64,000 bases of DNA. It comes from Camelus dromedarius (lineage: Eukaryota). Both the position numbers and the translations under genes were made by a program. The notes under the pieces were generated by a model. That model saw nothing but the letters and a program-made list of their open reading frames with translations, made no database searches and was not told the DNA's origin. Below are positions 26,011 through 38,810 of this stretch, piece after piece (positions within the stretch are counted from its first letter, which is position 1; every line of letters starts with the position of its first letter). The stretch is taken from the NCBI RefSeq assembly GCF_036321535.1, contig NC_087436.1:19408001-19472000 (forward strand), written 5' to 3'.

Positions 26011-28318
26011 CAGATAAAACATGATTTTAGGATAAAATAAAGAAGTTCCACAGATTAAGCAGTTATCCCACTTGGTTTATATTCTATTTGTGTAACAAAT
26101 GGGAAATTATTTTTTCTTTCTCAGAATGTACAGGTTTTGAGGATTGAACAATAATCCCTAAAAAGGAACTGAGACATTGATGATTATTTGTTGCCTTAGG
26201 GAGAAGATATTGATGATCTTTGTCATTTCAAAAATAGCATTTGTCCTTGCCTTAACTACAGTGTTTTGTTTTTTTGTTTTTTTATTTTAAGCATATGTCA
26301 CTTCTTCTTGCTTCCTCTTGTTTTCCTCAGAGGCACATACAGAAGTACATTTTCATCAGACCTTTCTGGTAGATTGGTGGCTAAGATTCTTTCCAAAAAA
26401 TCCCAGTTAAAAGGAGAAATGTGATAGGGGGTTGACATATAATGGGAGGCATGCAACTGTATTTGCAAATCCTAGACATCATCCCACAGTTCTGGTGTAA
26501 CCCTTCAGCTGACAATTAAAATCTTTGTTTTAGCAGTCATCACCCAACCCTAACAGATGGGTGAAGAATGAATCTGATTTGTATTTTTCCTCACAACTTT
26601 CTCCCACACATTGTAATATTCTATGATTAACATTCAGTGAATTCTTACAGATGATTGATGGGCCTTAAAGATCTAATATCTACATCCCATTTAAATTATG
26701 CAAGCATAAAACCACAGAACAGAAGCACTCCTTAAGACCCCTGTAGAAATTTGAAGACAATTTTGATAACTCTTGTCCACTCGAAAAGAAATCTGCTAAT
26801 ACTGTAATGTTTTTTCCCTTGCCAGGACCCTCCTTGCCTGGTGTCATTTCTTGAGCTCTCCTGGGAGGAGATTAGTCTAAAACAACAAAGTAGCCAGATG
26901 TCTGGTTCTGAGAGAGTCCCAGAGGCCAGGCTACGGTAGGCAACAGAAACCGCATGGGGCTGCAGATCAAAGATACCTGAGAATTACTTATGGGCACAGA
27001 GTATGTGTCATTCCCATTATTAACAGTCTGAGAAAATTTGTTTCTCTAATTAACCCTTTTGTTGGAGTAACCTTAAATTTTAGTGAGTGTATTTCGCTTT
27101 TGATATGGTTTCTTTTGAGTAGTTTGGAGAAGTGCACGTATCAAAAAAGAGAAAGGAAAAGGAAGTCACGTGGTTGATGGAAATCTCTAAGCCGTTCTTC
27201 TTATCCAGAATAGATATGCTATCCAGTGCATAATCATTTGTCATGAAATAAGTGGGCATGATGGTTCTAAGTGAAAATTACAAAGTAATAGTCAGAAATG
27301 ACATGGTTTATACGTACAAAGGGCTGTTCTTAAAGCCCCAGTCCTTCCTTTTAAAGTACTATTATTTCAACTTTTAACCGTTTTAGAGTGGAGATTTTTA
27401 GATCACAGCTTTCTGGTCTTAAAATGAATTCAGAATAAATCCCAGTGGTGGGAAATCTGTACCTTATTAATAGCTGACCTCTTTCTTTTCACGCTGGTAT
27501 TATAATGAAATGCTAATTAAACATTCTTGCCATCCTTTAACCTGTTTGCTTCATAGGTACAATTTTATATTGTTTAGACATATACAGATTTGGAAAATCT
27601 GAATACAATTGCTGTTTTGAGTTAGTCTTAATCCCTAAACCTCCAAAAGCTTTTGGCTGAATTTATTCTAAGGGATGAGTGAAAATCTCATTATAACTTT
27701 GTATGTCCTAGCCTTTAGATGAGAGTATCGAAAGAGAGAACAAAAGATTCTGGTTGGCCTTCCTTCCCAGTTGTTTCTGTTTCTGTTCAGTATCGTCCTG
27801 TAACAACAAAATCACATAAACCCTTATTCCTGCTTTCCTTGAGATACAGTCATAAACCATTGTTACCAAGAGCGTGACTAGCCAGCTGTAGCGCTTTTCA
27901 GCGCTACAACACATTCTTTAACGTCCGGTAATATAAACTTGGCATAAAGGCAGTAAAAATGTCCTTAAACCTAATTGGAGATATGTTTTAGCAATGGAGT
28001 GCAGAGATTTCATATCCTTTGTGCGGTGGTCAAAGCTTCTTTTAACTCCTTGAGGAAAATGAAGCTCCTAGGAGCAGTTTATAAGGATTAATTGATTTAT
28101 CTCTTTGTTTCTAGATTTAAGTATGGATGCAAGGATAGAATTGGCTTCTTGCACAAAGAACTGGAGAGGCAACTGTTTTTTTTCTTCAGAGCAGAATTTG
28201 TTGTTGCTTTAGTGACAAGGGGTGCTCTGTGTTTTCACTCTTTGCACCTGTCTTTCTCTTCCCAGCTACCACTGGGAACAGCACCTTTTGCTATCACCAG
28301 AGTCTGGGTATCTATTTT

Positions 28319-28948
28319 CCTTTTTTTTCTCCTGCTTTTATTTGCATTTATTTTATGCTGAATTGATTCCCAGGCCGTAAGTTTTTGTTTTTTCAGTTTC
28401 TTCTGAGGTATCTTTGTCTTCTGTGCAACCTCCTCTTCCGGTTTAGGACCAACCTGCTCTTTCTCAGCAAGGACCATCTCAGCACGGCAGGGAGAGCTCA
28501 CCTTCGGGTTGATCCGACCATGGGCTCTGTACGTCCTACCCCGCATCTCGGGGGCCGTGTTCACCTGGATGTGCTCAGTGACACACACATCAGTGCTTCA
28601 GTCCAGCATTACTCTCTGCTTTTTTAAGCATGTACAGTAAAAATTCAGCACTTTTTTTGGGCCATCAACTCCGAGCCCAGCCCCACCCTTTGGCCTGGGC
28701 ACACCTACCAACTCCACCATTGTCACGACAGAATGGTACCCGTTGCTTCTGTAAAGTGACACCCTTCAGATACTTGGTGGCTTTTCAGATGTGTATACCC
28801 TTACTGGCCTGGGCGATTTCATGAGTGTTCTTAAAGTGAACATGAAATTTGGAACCTCTTGATTTGCATGATTTTGTGGGTTTTTCTGGGTCAAGCAAAT
28901 AGCAAACCATTTTCAGAGGTCACTGAGGCTGCGTGCAGGAAGAGGAAG
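28319..28948 (-). pseudogene. RPL17: Full-length processed pseudogene of 60S ribosomal protein L17
   Basis: Minus strand: 5' pyrimidine tract CTTCCTCTTCCT, ATG at 28910, then [20 protein letters not shown]...VPF...[11 protein letters not shown]...WPKKSAEFLL...EHIQVN...[10 protein letters not shown]...[10 protein letters not shown]...QKKLKKQKL. No introns. In-frame TGA at codons 42 (28787) and 82 (28667), a frameshifting deletion near 28590, AATAAA and an A-tail remnant at about 28321-28328. Confidence 0.96.
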
Positions 28949-28976
28949 CTCGGTTTTCCTAATTTGCTGCTGCTTC

Positions 28977-29064
28977 TTTTTTTTTTTAATGGAGGTACTG
29001 GGGATTGAACCTGGGACTCAAGCGTGCTAAGCATGTGCCCCACCACTGAGCTGTACCCACCCCC
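28977..29064 (-). mobile_element. tRNA-Ala-derived camelid SINE (short-tail form)
   Basis: Minus strand ggggtgggtacagctcagtggtg...gcttagcacgc...ccaggttcaatccccagtacctcc plus poly(A). Confidence 0.85.
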
Positions 29065-29379
29065 TCTTTTCCTATTTTGAATGCAGATTAAGTCAGTTAT
29101 GACCCCTGTGTCATAAATATTTCTCAGCCCCAGTTAATGTCTTACTTTAAGCAAGTAGTATTCAGAGTAAGAAACCACCTCCCAGTACCACAGTGTTAGT
29201 CAGTTCCTTGGAGTTGGTTATGTAGCAAAACTTCATCGGAGGGAATGAGAGTCGTAGTTCCAGGACTAAGGTCTGTTGGGGGCACTACCATTTCCACCCT
29301 CTGTCGTTCAGGGGGGCTGCTCTCCTTTCCCCCTTCCAGGGAACTCCTTAAGTGCCTCCGCTTTCCCCTCACCCCCAAG

Positions 29380-29421
29380 ACACACACACACACACACTCT
29401 CTCTCTCTCTCTCTCTCTCTC
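29380..29421. repeat. Compound (CA)n(CT)n microsatellite
   Basis: Direct reading. Confidence 0.95.
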
Positions 29422-30694
29422 AGAATAGGGGTTTGTTAAGGAGAAGACCAAAAGGTAGGTAACTCCCCTTTTTAGCTTTCAGAAGTTACCAGTGTCACTG
29501 GCAACTACCCTGTTAATGTATTCACCTTGGGTTGCTTCATAGACTATTGGCTTCCTCTCTCTCCCTCCTCATCCCCTCAACCCTCCTCCCCAAAACCTTA
29601 TGGACCCTTACTGTGTGTATCGTAGTTTTGTGGGGCATTTCTCCCACAGAACTGTGTACAGAGATGTGTTTAATTATGTTTTTTAAAAATTAGATATTAT
29701 CAAATTTAAGAAGGTGAAGAGTGTTGGTTTTCTAGTTCTTTCTTTTTATTTATTAACTGTATCTTCCTTATTCATAGATTTCTTTTTATATTACTCTTTC
29801 CTCAACCCTATCATTTTATTTCTCTTTCTTTTCATCTTTTAGTTCTTAATTCTGTTTCAGCATTCTTTCTATTGCTCTCTAGGACGGATTCTGATTTGAA
29901 ATGAGAACTAAGTTGTAAGAAGAGGCAATTAAGATCTCTTAAAAATTCTTTAATGACTTAATGCATAATGATTTAGTACTTGGGTAGGTATTGAGGGAGT
30001 AATCTATAAACTTTTTGTGATGGCATTATGTGCTAAATAAAGATGCTTTTAATATAAATTAGGTTAGCTTTGTTAGAATGTGATAACTCAATATGCATTT
30101 TAATTTCTGTTAATTTTGAAAGCTTTGAGGTTTAGTGCGTAATTTTAAACTTTTCTTTTTAGTCTATGATGGTCTGAAAGATCTTAAGAGCTACTTATTT
30201 ATTTACTTTTTACTTGTTTGCTAAATTTCTTTAGTTTTAATTTGAAGTTCTATTTATCCTCACCTGAGGTTTGGAGTAATAGCTTTGGAACATCTGTTAC
30301 TGTTTAAAATGGTGATCTTTGACTCTAAGTTGCCTGAAAGTCTAACGTTGCAAAGTAAAAGAATTAGAACTTAGCAGAGGGGAGGGTCCCTTCCCCAGTA
30401 GCAAATGTGGGGTAGCTTGCTGCTGGAGAGGGCAGTCCTGAAAGGAAAGGTAGGTTTAAATTCAAAATAATCAGGTCTCGAGTAATTGTGACTTCTAACT
30501 CTATAACTAACATTTATAAACATTTTAAGAAGTTGTAGAAAATTAAGTGTTGTCATTGATTGTGTTCACTACGAGTAGTTGACTGAAAAGAAATGTTTGA
30601 AGTGAAACATTCTTCCTGTTTCATGTAAGATTTGCATGATTAAATATGAAATGAAACTACACCCAATAGATAATCAGATACCTAAGAATGATGT

Positions 30695-30810
30695 TTGGAA
30701 AGCTAGGTTTCCTAAAGATATGAGGCTTAGTTATTTTAGCCTGGGGACTTTGCCTGGGGAAAAATGTATGTGCCTCAACAGTTGAAGGGCTATTCAGGAA
30801 GAAACAAAGT
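30695..30810 (+). mobile_element. Possible CR1/L3 fragment
   Basis: tattttagcctgggga...tgcctcaacagttgaagggctatt resembles the CR1 3' ORF2 motif (tttagcctggag...cttcaaatatttgaagggctgt). Confidence 0.35.
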
Positions 30811-33800
30811 AAAATGGCATCTATTTTAACGTGTAATTTCGGATATTTCGTACTTAATCTTTTCCTTGGCAGGAATGTCAGAATATACTAGGTGCAAACC
30901 ATCTCTGAAGCCACGTCTACGCTACCAAATTGAACTGCGTAGATAAAGTCTTTAAGAATAAAGTAGCTCTCCATGGGGAGAAGAGGGTCCTTTCTAGGTA
31001 ATTCTCTGGCAGGGAAGGACTACTCTAGTTGAATCAAAATGAAGATGTGGTGTATTTCAGATATAGGAATTTAGAGCCCAAAGGAATGGCTGCAGGGAGG
31101 GGAGGGGGTAGATTTTAAAATTTGGTATATCATACCTAAACATAAATATGGCTTCTTCTGCATTATTTTCTATTTCTGTTTACTCCCACTTAAATTGAAA
31201 TAACACTTCCCTTCATTTGTTTATTTTTTTAAATAATTTTAACCTCATCCAAAATTGCATTGCTCATGCTAGAAATGATACTACAATTGTGTCCCTTATT
31301 CCCTTCTCTGCCATTCTTTAGAAGCTGAATTATTCTAGCTGCATACGTTGCTATTCAAGTTAAAATCAAGTTCTTACTAATGGAATAGATAGATTTCTAT
31401 TTTATATAAACGCTTTCCTTGTGTTCCTGCTAGAGTGGAGCATACCCTTGAAGGAATTAAAATGGCAAAGTCTAGGTCGCCATTCATCCTGTCACCATAT
31501 GGCTGTTGTTTATTGTTTTTTAATCAAAAATCAAGTTACTGGATTTAATGACTTGGAAGATGCATTACCTTTTGTCCAAATATAAGAGTTTATGAAGAAT
31601 AAAGAGCTTCTGGAACCCCCAAAAGATGAAGAAGGGGATGTGTATAATTTTGCTGTTTAACACATATATAAGCATTAATATTTATTATTGAGTTTAGTAT
31701 TTTGTATTTACACTCCCATCAACGTATAATATATTGTAGTGTATTGTTTAGAGACCATTAAACAGCTCATGATTTATTCACAGAAGAAAAAAAAATGTTA
31801 GTTTTTTTTTCTTTTATTTGAATTTTCCCTAGGTTGTATGGTAAAGAGCAAACAGATTTGTTCATGATGAGGGCATTTACCTTATATTAACGCCCGCCTA
31901 GCATGTATGGAAGTAATCCTAAGAATTGACAAGCTGTTGCATGGTCACCAGCATCCATTAACATCATGTACAAATGGTTAATGTGAAGGTAACAGAGGTA
32001 ACCTTGACAGTGAACATCAGTGGCAGGTGCAGATATGGCCTTGATACTTCATTTTTACTTAATTGTTAGAACATACATGAAGCACATCAGGTTGGTTTGC
32101 TTAAACAATATTATTAGTTCCCGATCATTTAAAATTCATAGAAATGTTAGATAAATGCACTTTTGTTTGACTGGAGGATTCATTTTTTATTAAAATAACC
32201 ATTAAAAAACCCAAAGTATAACATTTCTAGAAACTCAGTTTTTGTATTTTTGGAAATACTTGATCAGTAGAAAATGTTTCTCTAGCCAAAGTGGTAGCCT
32301 CGTGATCTTTTAAATAGCATTGTTTGGAATGCTTCTGAAAGTCCTTTTTCCCATATTTAATTTAATATATGTTAATTTAATATGTTAATATTAATAGACA
32401 TTTATGTCAAAATTTGCACCTTTCTCACAGCCTTTTAAAGGGGGAATTTCATCAAATAATGTGACTACTGTGTTTAATTCACTAAAGTGAATTATAATTT
32501 CAAACATATGTTTATGAGGTTTTAAAGATGATCTTGTATAAACTATAAATAACGTCTTTTTAGTGGAATATACCCCTTGGCTTTTCCTTATTTGATAGGT
32601 ATTGTGGCTTGGAAAGAAAACCACACATAGAGTAAATCAAAGACTCTAGGAACCGAGCAGCATTAAAATAAAACATGCGTTCCATACATGTAAACAGTAA
32701 AAAGCATCCACGTGGGCCAGCTTTTCGTTTGAGTCTTCAATCATAATTTGAGATTAAAATTTTTTTTGTCATATCTTTTGTGATTCTGTACTTCAGCCAA
32801 TGGCAGTGATCCACACACTTTGCACAGGAGCGGACCAGTGTGCACAAAGGCTTGGCGCTTTGTGGGAACCTCAGAATATGTCTTGGATTAGAATTTAAAA
32901 ATCCACTGCATTTCGAGAAGACATTGGTATAGGATTCCCCTCCCCACCTCTGTCCCCTTGAGGAAACAGTAATGGCAGCCTTTCAGGTCTTCCCCACACC
33001 TCTAGTCCTCTGTTCGGGTGATAAAAGAATCTTCAGACGACTGGTGACTGAGCAGTGAGCTTCCCAACCTGAGCTCTTGTGTTTGCAATTTAGTTTTAGG
33101 CCTCACTCCCGCCTACTGCAGCGCGGTGGCCTTTGGACGAATAGACTTTCAGAAGTTAAAAGGCAATAAGTCAGTCCCCTGGAAACAATGCAGAAACGGA
33201 GATTCAAATCGTAAATAAGGCAATGCACTGAGTACATTAAACAGACATAGAAGAATGGATTTCTGCCTTTTGTAGTAAGGTAATTGGGCACCACTGCTTG
33301 GCAGGAGCTGGTGCTATTGAGCTGCTGTAGCTGCCACAGGTTGATAGGCAGGTGATCAGGCAGCTTCCACCGGGGTCTGCACAGGAGGCCTACCTAATAT
33401 GCTGTCTGCCCTAAGGGCCTATGGGAACACAGTTGGATTATTATGTTAATGCGTGAGCCTGCTGCCCTCTTCCTATCCCAGCTGGGTTCCCTGTTGTTAG
33501 GAGCTGCTTTGCACTGACAGTGGAGTAATATGCTTCATGATTGAAAGGGCAAAGGGGCTTGGAAGGGGAAAAAAAAAAAAAAAAAGAAATAGGCCTGCAC
33601 AGATATGTAAATGAGGGGAGGAAATCTGTAGGAAGATTTCAGTCTAAGTCTAGAGGGAAAGTTTATTGCAAAGTTCTTCTTCCTCACAGCACGATGAGTG
33701 GTTTTACTCATTTCTTCATTTCTGGGCTTGCTTTCCTTCCCCACACTGGTGTATATAGCACAGGGCGGTGTTTTCCGAAACAGGCACGTAGGCTGATTTG

Positions 33801-34159
33801 TTTGCAACTGGGATGCTCTGCCACACTGGTACCCAGGTAGAGTGCTGACAGTAGTACATTTTTTTTCGCACCTTCATTATTCTTTAATACTCATCCCTCA
33901 GTTGTTTCACAATATTTTATAGAAAAGTTCATTTTTCAAGGTGCTGCAGGGTTTATATTTTGGGTTGACACCACTTTTAATTTCTCTTTATTTTTGATGC
34001 ATCTTTAGGAAACTGAAGAACCTATCTTTCGGGAGTAGGTGGGGTGGATGAGGTAGCGGGATATTTTGGGGGCTGGTTTATGAGTTTGATATCAGGAGGG
34101 GTTCAAATTGCTGTAGCGTTTTGTCTTCAGTTGAGGTTTTTAACATTGACGTCATAGAA

Positions 34160-34350
34160 GAGTAAAAAGAGTGTGGGCTTTGGTACAGACCTATACAAAT
34201 CCTGGCTCTACTAATTACTAGCTATCCAATTTTGGACAAATTACTTTACCTCTCATCTACCTCACCTGTAAAATGGGTGTAGTATGAATTTCAAATGAGA
34301 GGATAATAAATATAAATCATTTAGCCTGACAGAGTGAGTACTCACAAACG
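34160..34350 (+). mobile_element. MIR SINE
   Basis: agagtgtgggctttgg...caaatcctggctctactaattactagct...ggacaaattactttacctctc...cctcacctgtaaaatggg. Confidence 0.85.
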
Positions 34351-35220
34351 CTTGCCATAATAATGATACACTTAATTACCATTATAAGTCATAATTTTCA
34401 GTTATTAGATGATTATTTTAATATGTGTGGCTGTATACTTTCAATGGATTTCAGTTTTTAATCTTTCCCCTGGATTATCTACCTTTTTTTACCAAGCCTC
34501 AGCAAGTGGGAGTAACTTTGTCTTCATCCAGAATTTGAGACAACAAATTATTCAGATAGACATTATTTAACTTAAAGGGTTAATACCAGAATATGTTCTT
34601 AAACAATTAATTTTCTAAAAAGCCACCCTTCAAAAGCAAAAGAATATTGAATGGAAAAGAAAATCCAGTTGGGCCAGTGTTCTAGGCAGCTTCTGGAGGG
34701 AATTTAGGGTCTGCCTAAATCTGGGAAAGTTTCCAAATATTCCTGGATGTGTAACTGTTTCTAATACATTTGTTTATTTAAACTGACTTAAAATGGCAGT
34801 ATATGAGTGGGAACTATTTTAAATATGTCTGTTGTGTTTTTTATTTAGTTACCACTATACCTACTGCACGAGAAGATAATGTGTAAAGATGATGTGTGGG
34901 CAATGCCTGGCACTCGCTGAAGAACTGGGAAATGGTGGTCACTGTCATTAGTGCTCGGGTACATCCCACACTGACAGACCAGCCTGGGTTAGTAACGTTG
35001 CAGATTAAAAAGGAGGAACTTCAGAGATATTCACAAAGTAAGCAAATGCCAAGAGTCTGGGTCTAGTGTAGGCTCCACGGTTAGTGGGATGGTTACCACA
35101 CATCTGGTGGGAAAAGATCTACATGATTCTTTGTAATTTTTTCTAATCATTTTAATACTCCATTGAAAACCCTGTTAAAGTTTAAGGTAGCTACCTTGTA
35201 TTCTATTAGAAAAAAGGCTC

Positions 35221-36056
35221 CTTCACCTCACTCCAGTCAGAATGGCCATCATTAAAAAGTGTGCAGATGATAAATGCTGGAGAGGGTGTGGAGAAAAGGG
35301 AGCCCTCCCACTACACTGCTGGTGGGAATGCAGTTTGGTGCAGCTGTTATGGAAAACAGTATGGAGATTCCTCAAAAGACTGAAAACAGACTTACCATAT
35401 GACCCAGCAATCCCACTCCAGAGGGAACCCTAATTCAAAAAGATACCTGCACCCCAATGTTCATAGCAGCACTGTTTATAATGGCCAAGATATGGAAGCA
35501 ACCTAAATGTCCATTGACAGATGACTGGATAAAGAAGTTGTGGTATATTTATACAATAGAATACTACTCAGCCATAAAAGATGATAAAATAATGCCATTT
35601 GCAGCAACATGGATGGCCCTGGAGATTGTCATTCTAAGCGAAGTAAGCCAGAAAGAGAAAGAAAAATACCATATGACATCACTCATATGTGGAATGTAAA
35701 AAAAACAAAAAACAAAAAAAACAAATGAACTTAAGTATAAAACAGAAACTGATTCACAGACATACAATACAGATCTGTGGTTGCCAGGGGGAGGGGGGTG
35801 GGAAGGGATAAACGGGGAGTTTGAGATTTGCAGATACTGACTAGTACACATAAAATAGATAAACAAGTTTATACTGTACAGCACAGGGAAATATATTCAA
35901 TACCTTGTAGTACTCATGGTGAAAAAGAATATGAAAATGAATGTATGTATATTCATGTAGGACTGCAGAACTGTGCTGGACACCAGAAACTGACACAACA
36001 TTGTGGACTGACTATACCTCAGTATAAACAAACAAACAAACAAATAAATAAATAAA
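35221..36056 (+). mobile_element. Relatively young 5'-truncated L1 (ORF2 C-terminus plus 3'UTR)
   Basis: Translates to the L1 ORF2 end ([69 protein letters not shown]). G-rich 3'UTR tract and (AAAC/AAAT)n tail. Degenerate TSD agaaaaaaggctc / aggaaaaagactc. Confidence 0.95.
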
Positions 36057-36651
36057 GGAAAAAGACTCTTTTCTAAAAAGGGAAGTGTGCATCTGACTTT
36101 ACATATACAGAATAAAGAGAGAAGGAACTAGTTCTTCTAAGCAGTCTTTCTTTGTGGTATAGAAACATTTTATCACATGTCTTCACATTGCCTGTTTAGT
36201 CAGTTGTACGTGTGGGGTGTGTGTGGAGCAGTAAGACCATGAGATAAGTGGAGAAATAGTCGAAGGATTCCCCCCCTTTTTACATCCCCGCTCTCCCATC
36301 AGCCAACATTGCGGACTGTGTATGCCCCCTGTTGTTAGAACAGAGTTACACATCGCCATTGTGCACAGAAGGAAGCCCATCAGAGAGCAAATAATAAACT
36401 GAATTAAAGGAAGTCTACTCTGAAGAAAATCTATGAGGTTTCTTTGGTTTAAATAAACATTTGTCCAATGCCTGATTTTCTTTAAAGTAGCTTTGGATTT
36501 GACACATCTTTATACTGCCTTGCAGGTTGAAATATTCTTGAGAACAGGGATCACATCTTACATTAAAAAAAAAACCCAGTTTCTTATGCGCAGTAGGAAT
36601 TCATCAAATGCTTGTTGACTAACTAATTGGGTTGATTCTGATGATAATAAG

Positions 36652-36798
36652 TTTTTTTTTTTAGTTTTATTTTTTATTGAAGTATAGTGGATTTACAATG
36701 TTAATTTTAGGTGTACAGCAAAGAGATTCAGTTATACATATATATACACACATATATATACATATATTTTCAGATTCTTTTCTATTATAGCTATAATG
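36652..36798 (-). mobile_element. Short L1 3' end with perfect TSD
   Basis: Poly(T), then tttattgaagtatagtggatttacaatg...ggtgtacagcaaagagattcag. 12-bp TSD gatgataataag at 36640-36651 and 36799-36810. Confidence 0.88.
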
Positions 36799-37639
36799 GA
36801 TGATAATAAGATTTTAAGTTCAGGGATCTGAATATTCCTTATTTTCTTTTACCTTTGCTTAGTACTGCTCTCAAGGAAGCATTATCCACGTGCCCTTTGG
36901 CAGCTTTGTGAAGCTGCTGCCTCAGTTAAGTTTTCAACCTCTCTGACACCAGTGGTACCTTCTCCTGATCACCTTCCTACCACTACCAACCATTTGCTCC
37001 CCTTTGTAGCCTTCCCACATTGTTATTTTATCAGAGGTGCAAGCAAGGCCAGAGTTAGAAAAATGGTGACTGGAATGAGATGCACAGATTTTGCCCGAGG
37101 GGTTGGTTTCTGCCCTCCTGGCAGCCATTAGCTTCTCCAGTGCCTGTGGAGACGGTTATGTTCCCCATTCCACCTTCGCCTTTCAGGAGACTTTACGAGC
37201 ACCCTGACTGATCATTTTACCCCAGACCCCAATCCTAATTAGACCCACTCCTCCATGAATGTTTGTTTCCACCCCTTCTTCCAATCCCATTCCAGAATTT
37301 CTTTCAGGTTTTTACCCCAAAGGTGGTAAAAACATTTTTCTTTGTTGAATATTTTCTGAGGTCTGACAAATCTCTAAATATTAATCAAGTATTCCACATA
37401 ATGGTGATGATTCTAAAATCACAGTGAGTTATGTAGTAAGAAATAAACACCATGTTTTTAAAAAGGCTTGCTAGCCTCATACCCCAATGTCCATCCTTCC
37501 TTCTTTTTTCCACCATATGATGTTTGTCTCTGTTTTTCCAAATTTGCCAGAAATTTTATCTCTATTTCTGGGTTTCTAATTAGGCAAGTCATTGATTAAT
37601 GGTTCTTACCACTTAGTAATATGATATTGTTAATGATAC

Positions 37640-37845
37640 AGTTAATAATAACTAACATTTATTAAGCACTTACTATGCTAATACTTTACATGAATTGTCT
37701 CATTTAATTCTCACTTAGCACTTACAAGTAGATACTAATGTTACGTCTGTTTTTGAGATGAGGAAATAGGCTTGAAAGGCTTAAATTGATCTCGGAGGTC
37801 CCTTTAGCTTTGGTACTGGATTCAGACCTAGGAAAGCTGAGTCTA
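37640..37845 (-). mobile_element. MIR SINE
   Basis: taataataactaacatttattaagcacttactatg...tctcatttaattctcac...gagatgaggaaataggct. Confidence 0.85.
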
Positions 37846-37860
37846 GCGCCCTCTAGTGTG
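37844..37860 (-). promoter_or_regulatory. Candidate CTCF binding site
   Basis: Minus strand CACACTAGAGGGCGCTA, one mismatch from the CTCF core CCACTAGAGGGCGC, with the CpG retained. Confidence 0.55.
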
Positions 37861-38629
37861 TACCTGCGTATCCCACGGTTGTTTAAGGTGGTAAACCACA
37901 CACTGAAACACAGCCCTCTTCTCCGTTCTGTCTCCCTCCAGTCTTCGGGTTGTGTCCATGTTTATTTTTGTTCAGGAGGTTCTGTTACATTAAGCATAAT
38001 AATGCCACATAGGTCTAGGGGAATGGATCATGGGTAAATGAAAGGAAAACCATGCTAGTAAGTTTTTTTTTTTTTTTTAACCCTACTTTTCAGGGTTGAC
38101 TGGGTAGGTAGCTTAGTAACTTGGTATCATCTCATGATGATCTCAAAGGAAAAAAGTAAGAGCTAGCCTAAATAGTCTTTCTTTTACTAGTAAGCTTGGC
38201 AGCAAAAGTTGTGTGAAGAGTGAATAGTTAACAAGAAGCTGATAGTTGAGGGTAAATTTTACATTGGAGGTAATAGTCTGCTAGGTGCACAAACCTTGAA
38301 GAGAAAAGTTGCCAAAAGGAGACTGGGCATAAATTAAATAAATCAGATCTTGACTTCGCAATAAAGCCTGTCCTGACTGCTGGACACTGACTGAGTGGCA
38401 GTGAAGTAAGCCTGGCTTTTGGCAAGCTCTAGGATTTTAAAGAAAGAGCCCTGAGAGTCCCAAGAGTGCAACTTCTTGAAGGATTCTGTGCAACCTCACC
38501 ACCAGGGAGAGGAAGGTGTCTAGCATCCTGTTTGAGAGGATTCTAGTTACAATGGACAACTGAAAACAAGTGCTCTGTGCTAGACTTTCTTCCTAAAGTC
38601 TCACAGGTACGATGCTGTCCTTTTACAAG

Positions 38630-38810
38630 AGCACGGGCTTAGGAGTCCCAGTTTTGCCACTGATTCATTTCACTTATTTTTCTCAACCAATTTTTCCACT
38701 ACTCTGAGCCTTATTTTTCAGTCCATAAAATGGAATAGTGCCTCATAGGGTTATTTTGGGGATTAAGCGAAATATCACTTGTTGTTTGGCATATAGAAGA
38801 TGCTCAAAAA
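38630..38810 (+). mobile_element. MIR SINE
   Basis: ctctgagccttatttttcagtccataaaatggaatagtgcctcatagggttattttggggattaag. Confidence 0.75.

Noticed and set aside
28235..28588. 117-aa ORF resembling RPL17 as a functional gene
   Set aside because: Fragment of a processed pseudogene with upstream nonsense codons and a frameshift.
35242..35699. ORFs of 63 and 80 aa as host exons
   Set aside because: L1 ORF2 C-terminal remnants in a 5'-truncated element.
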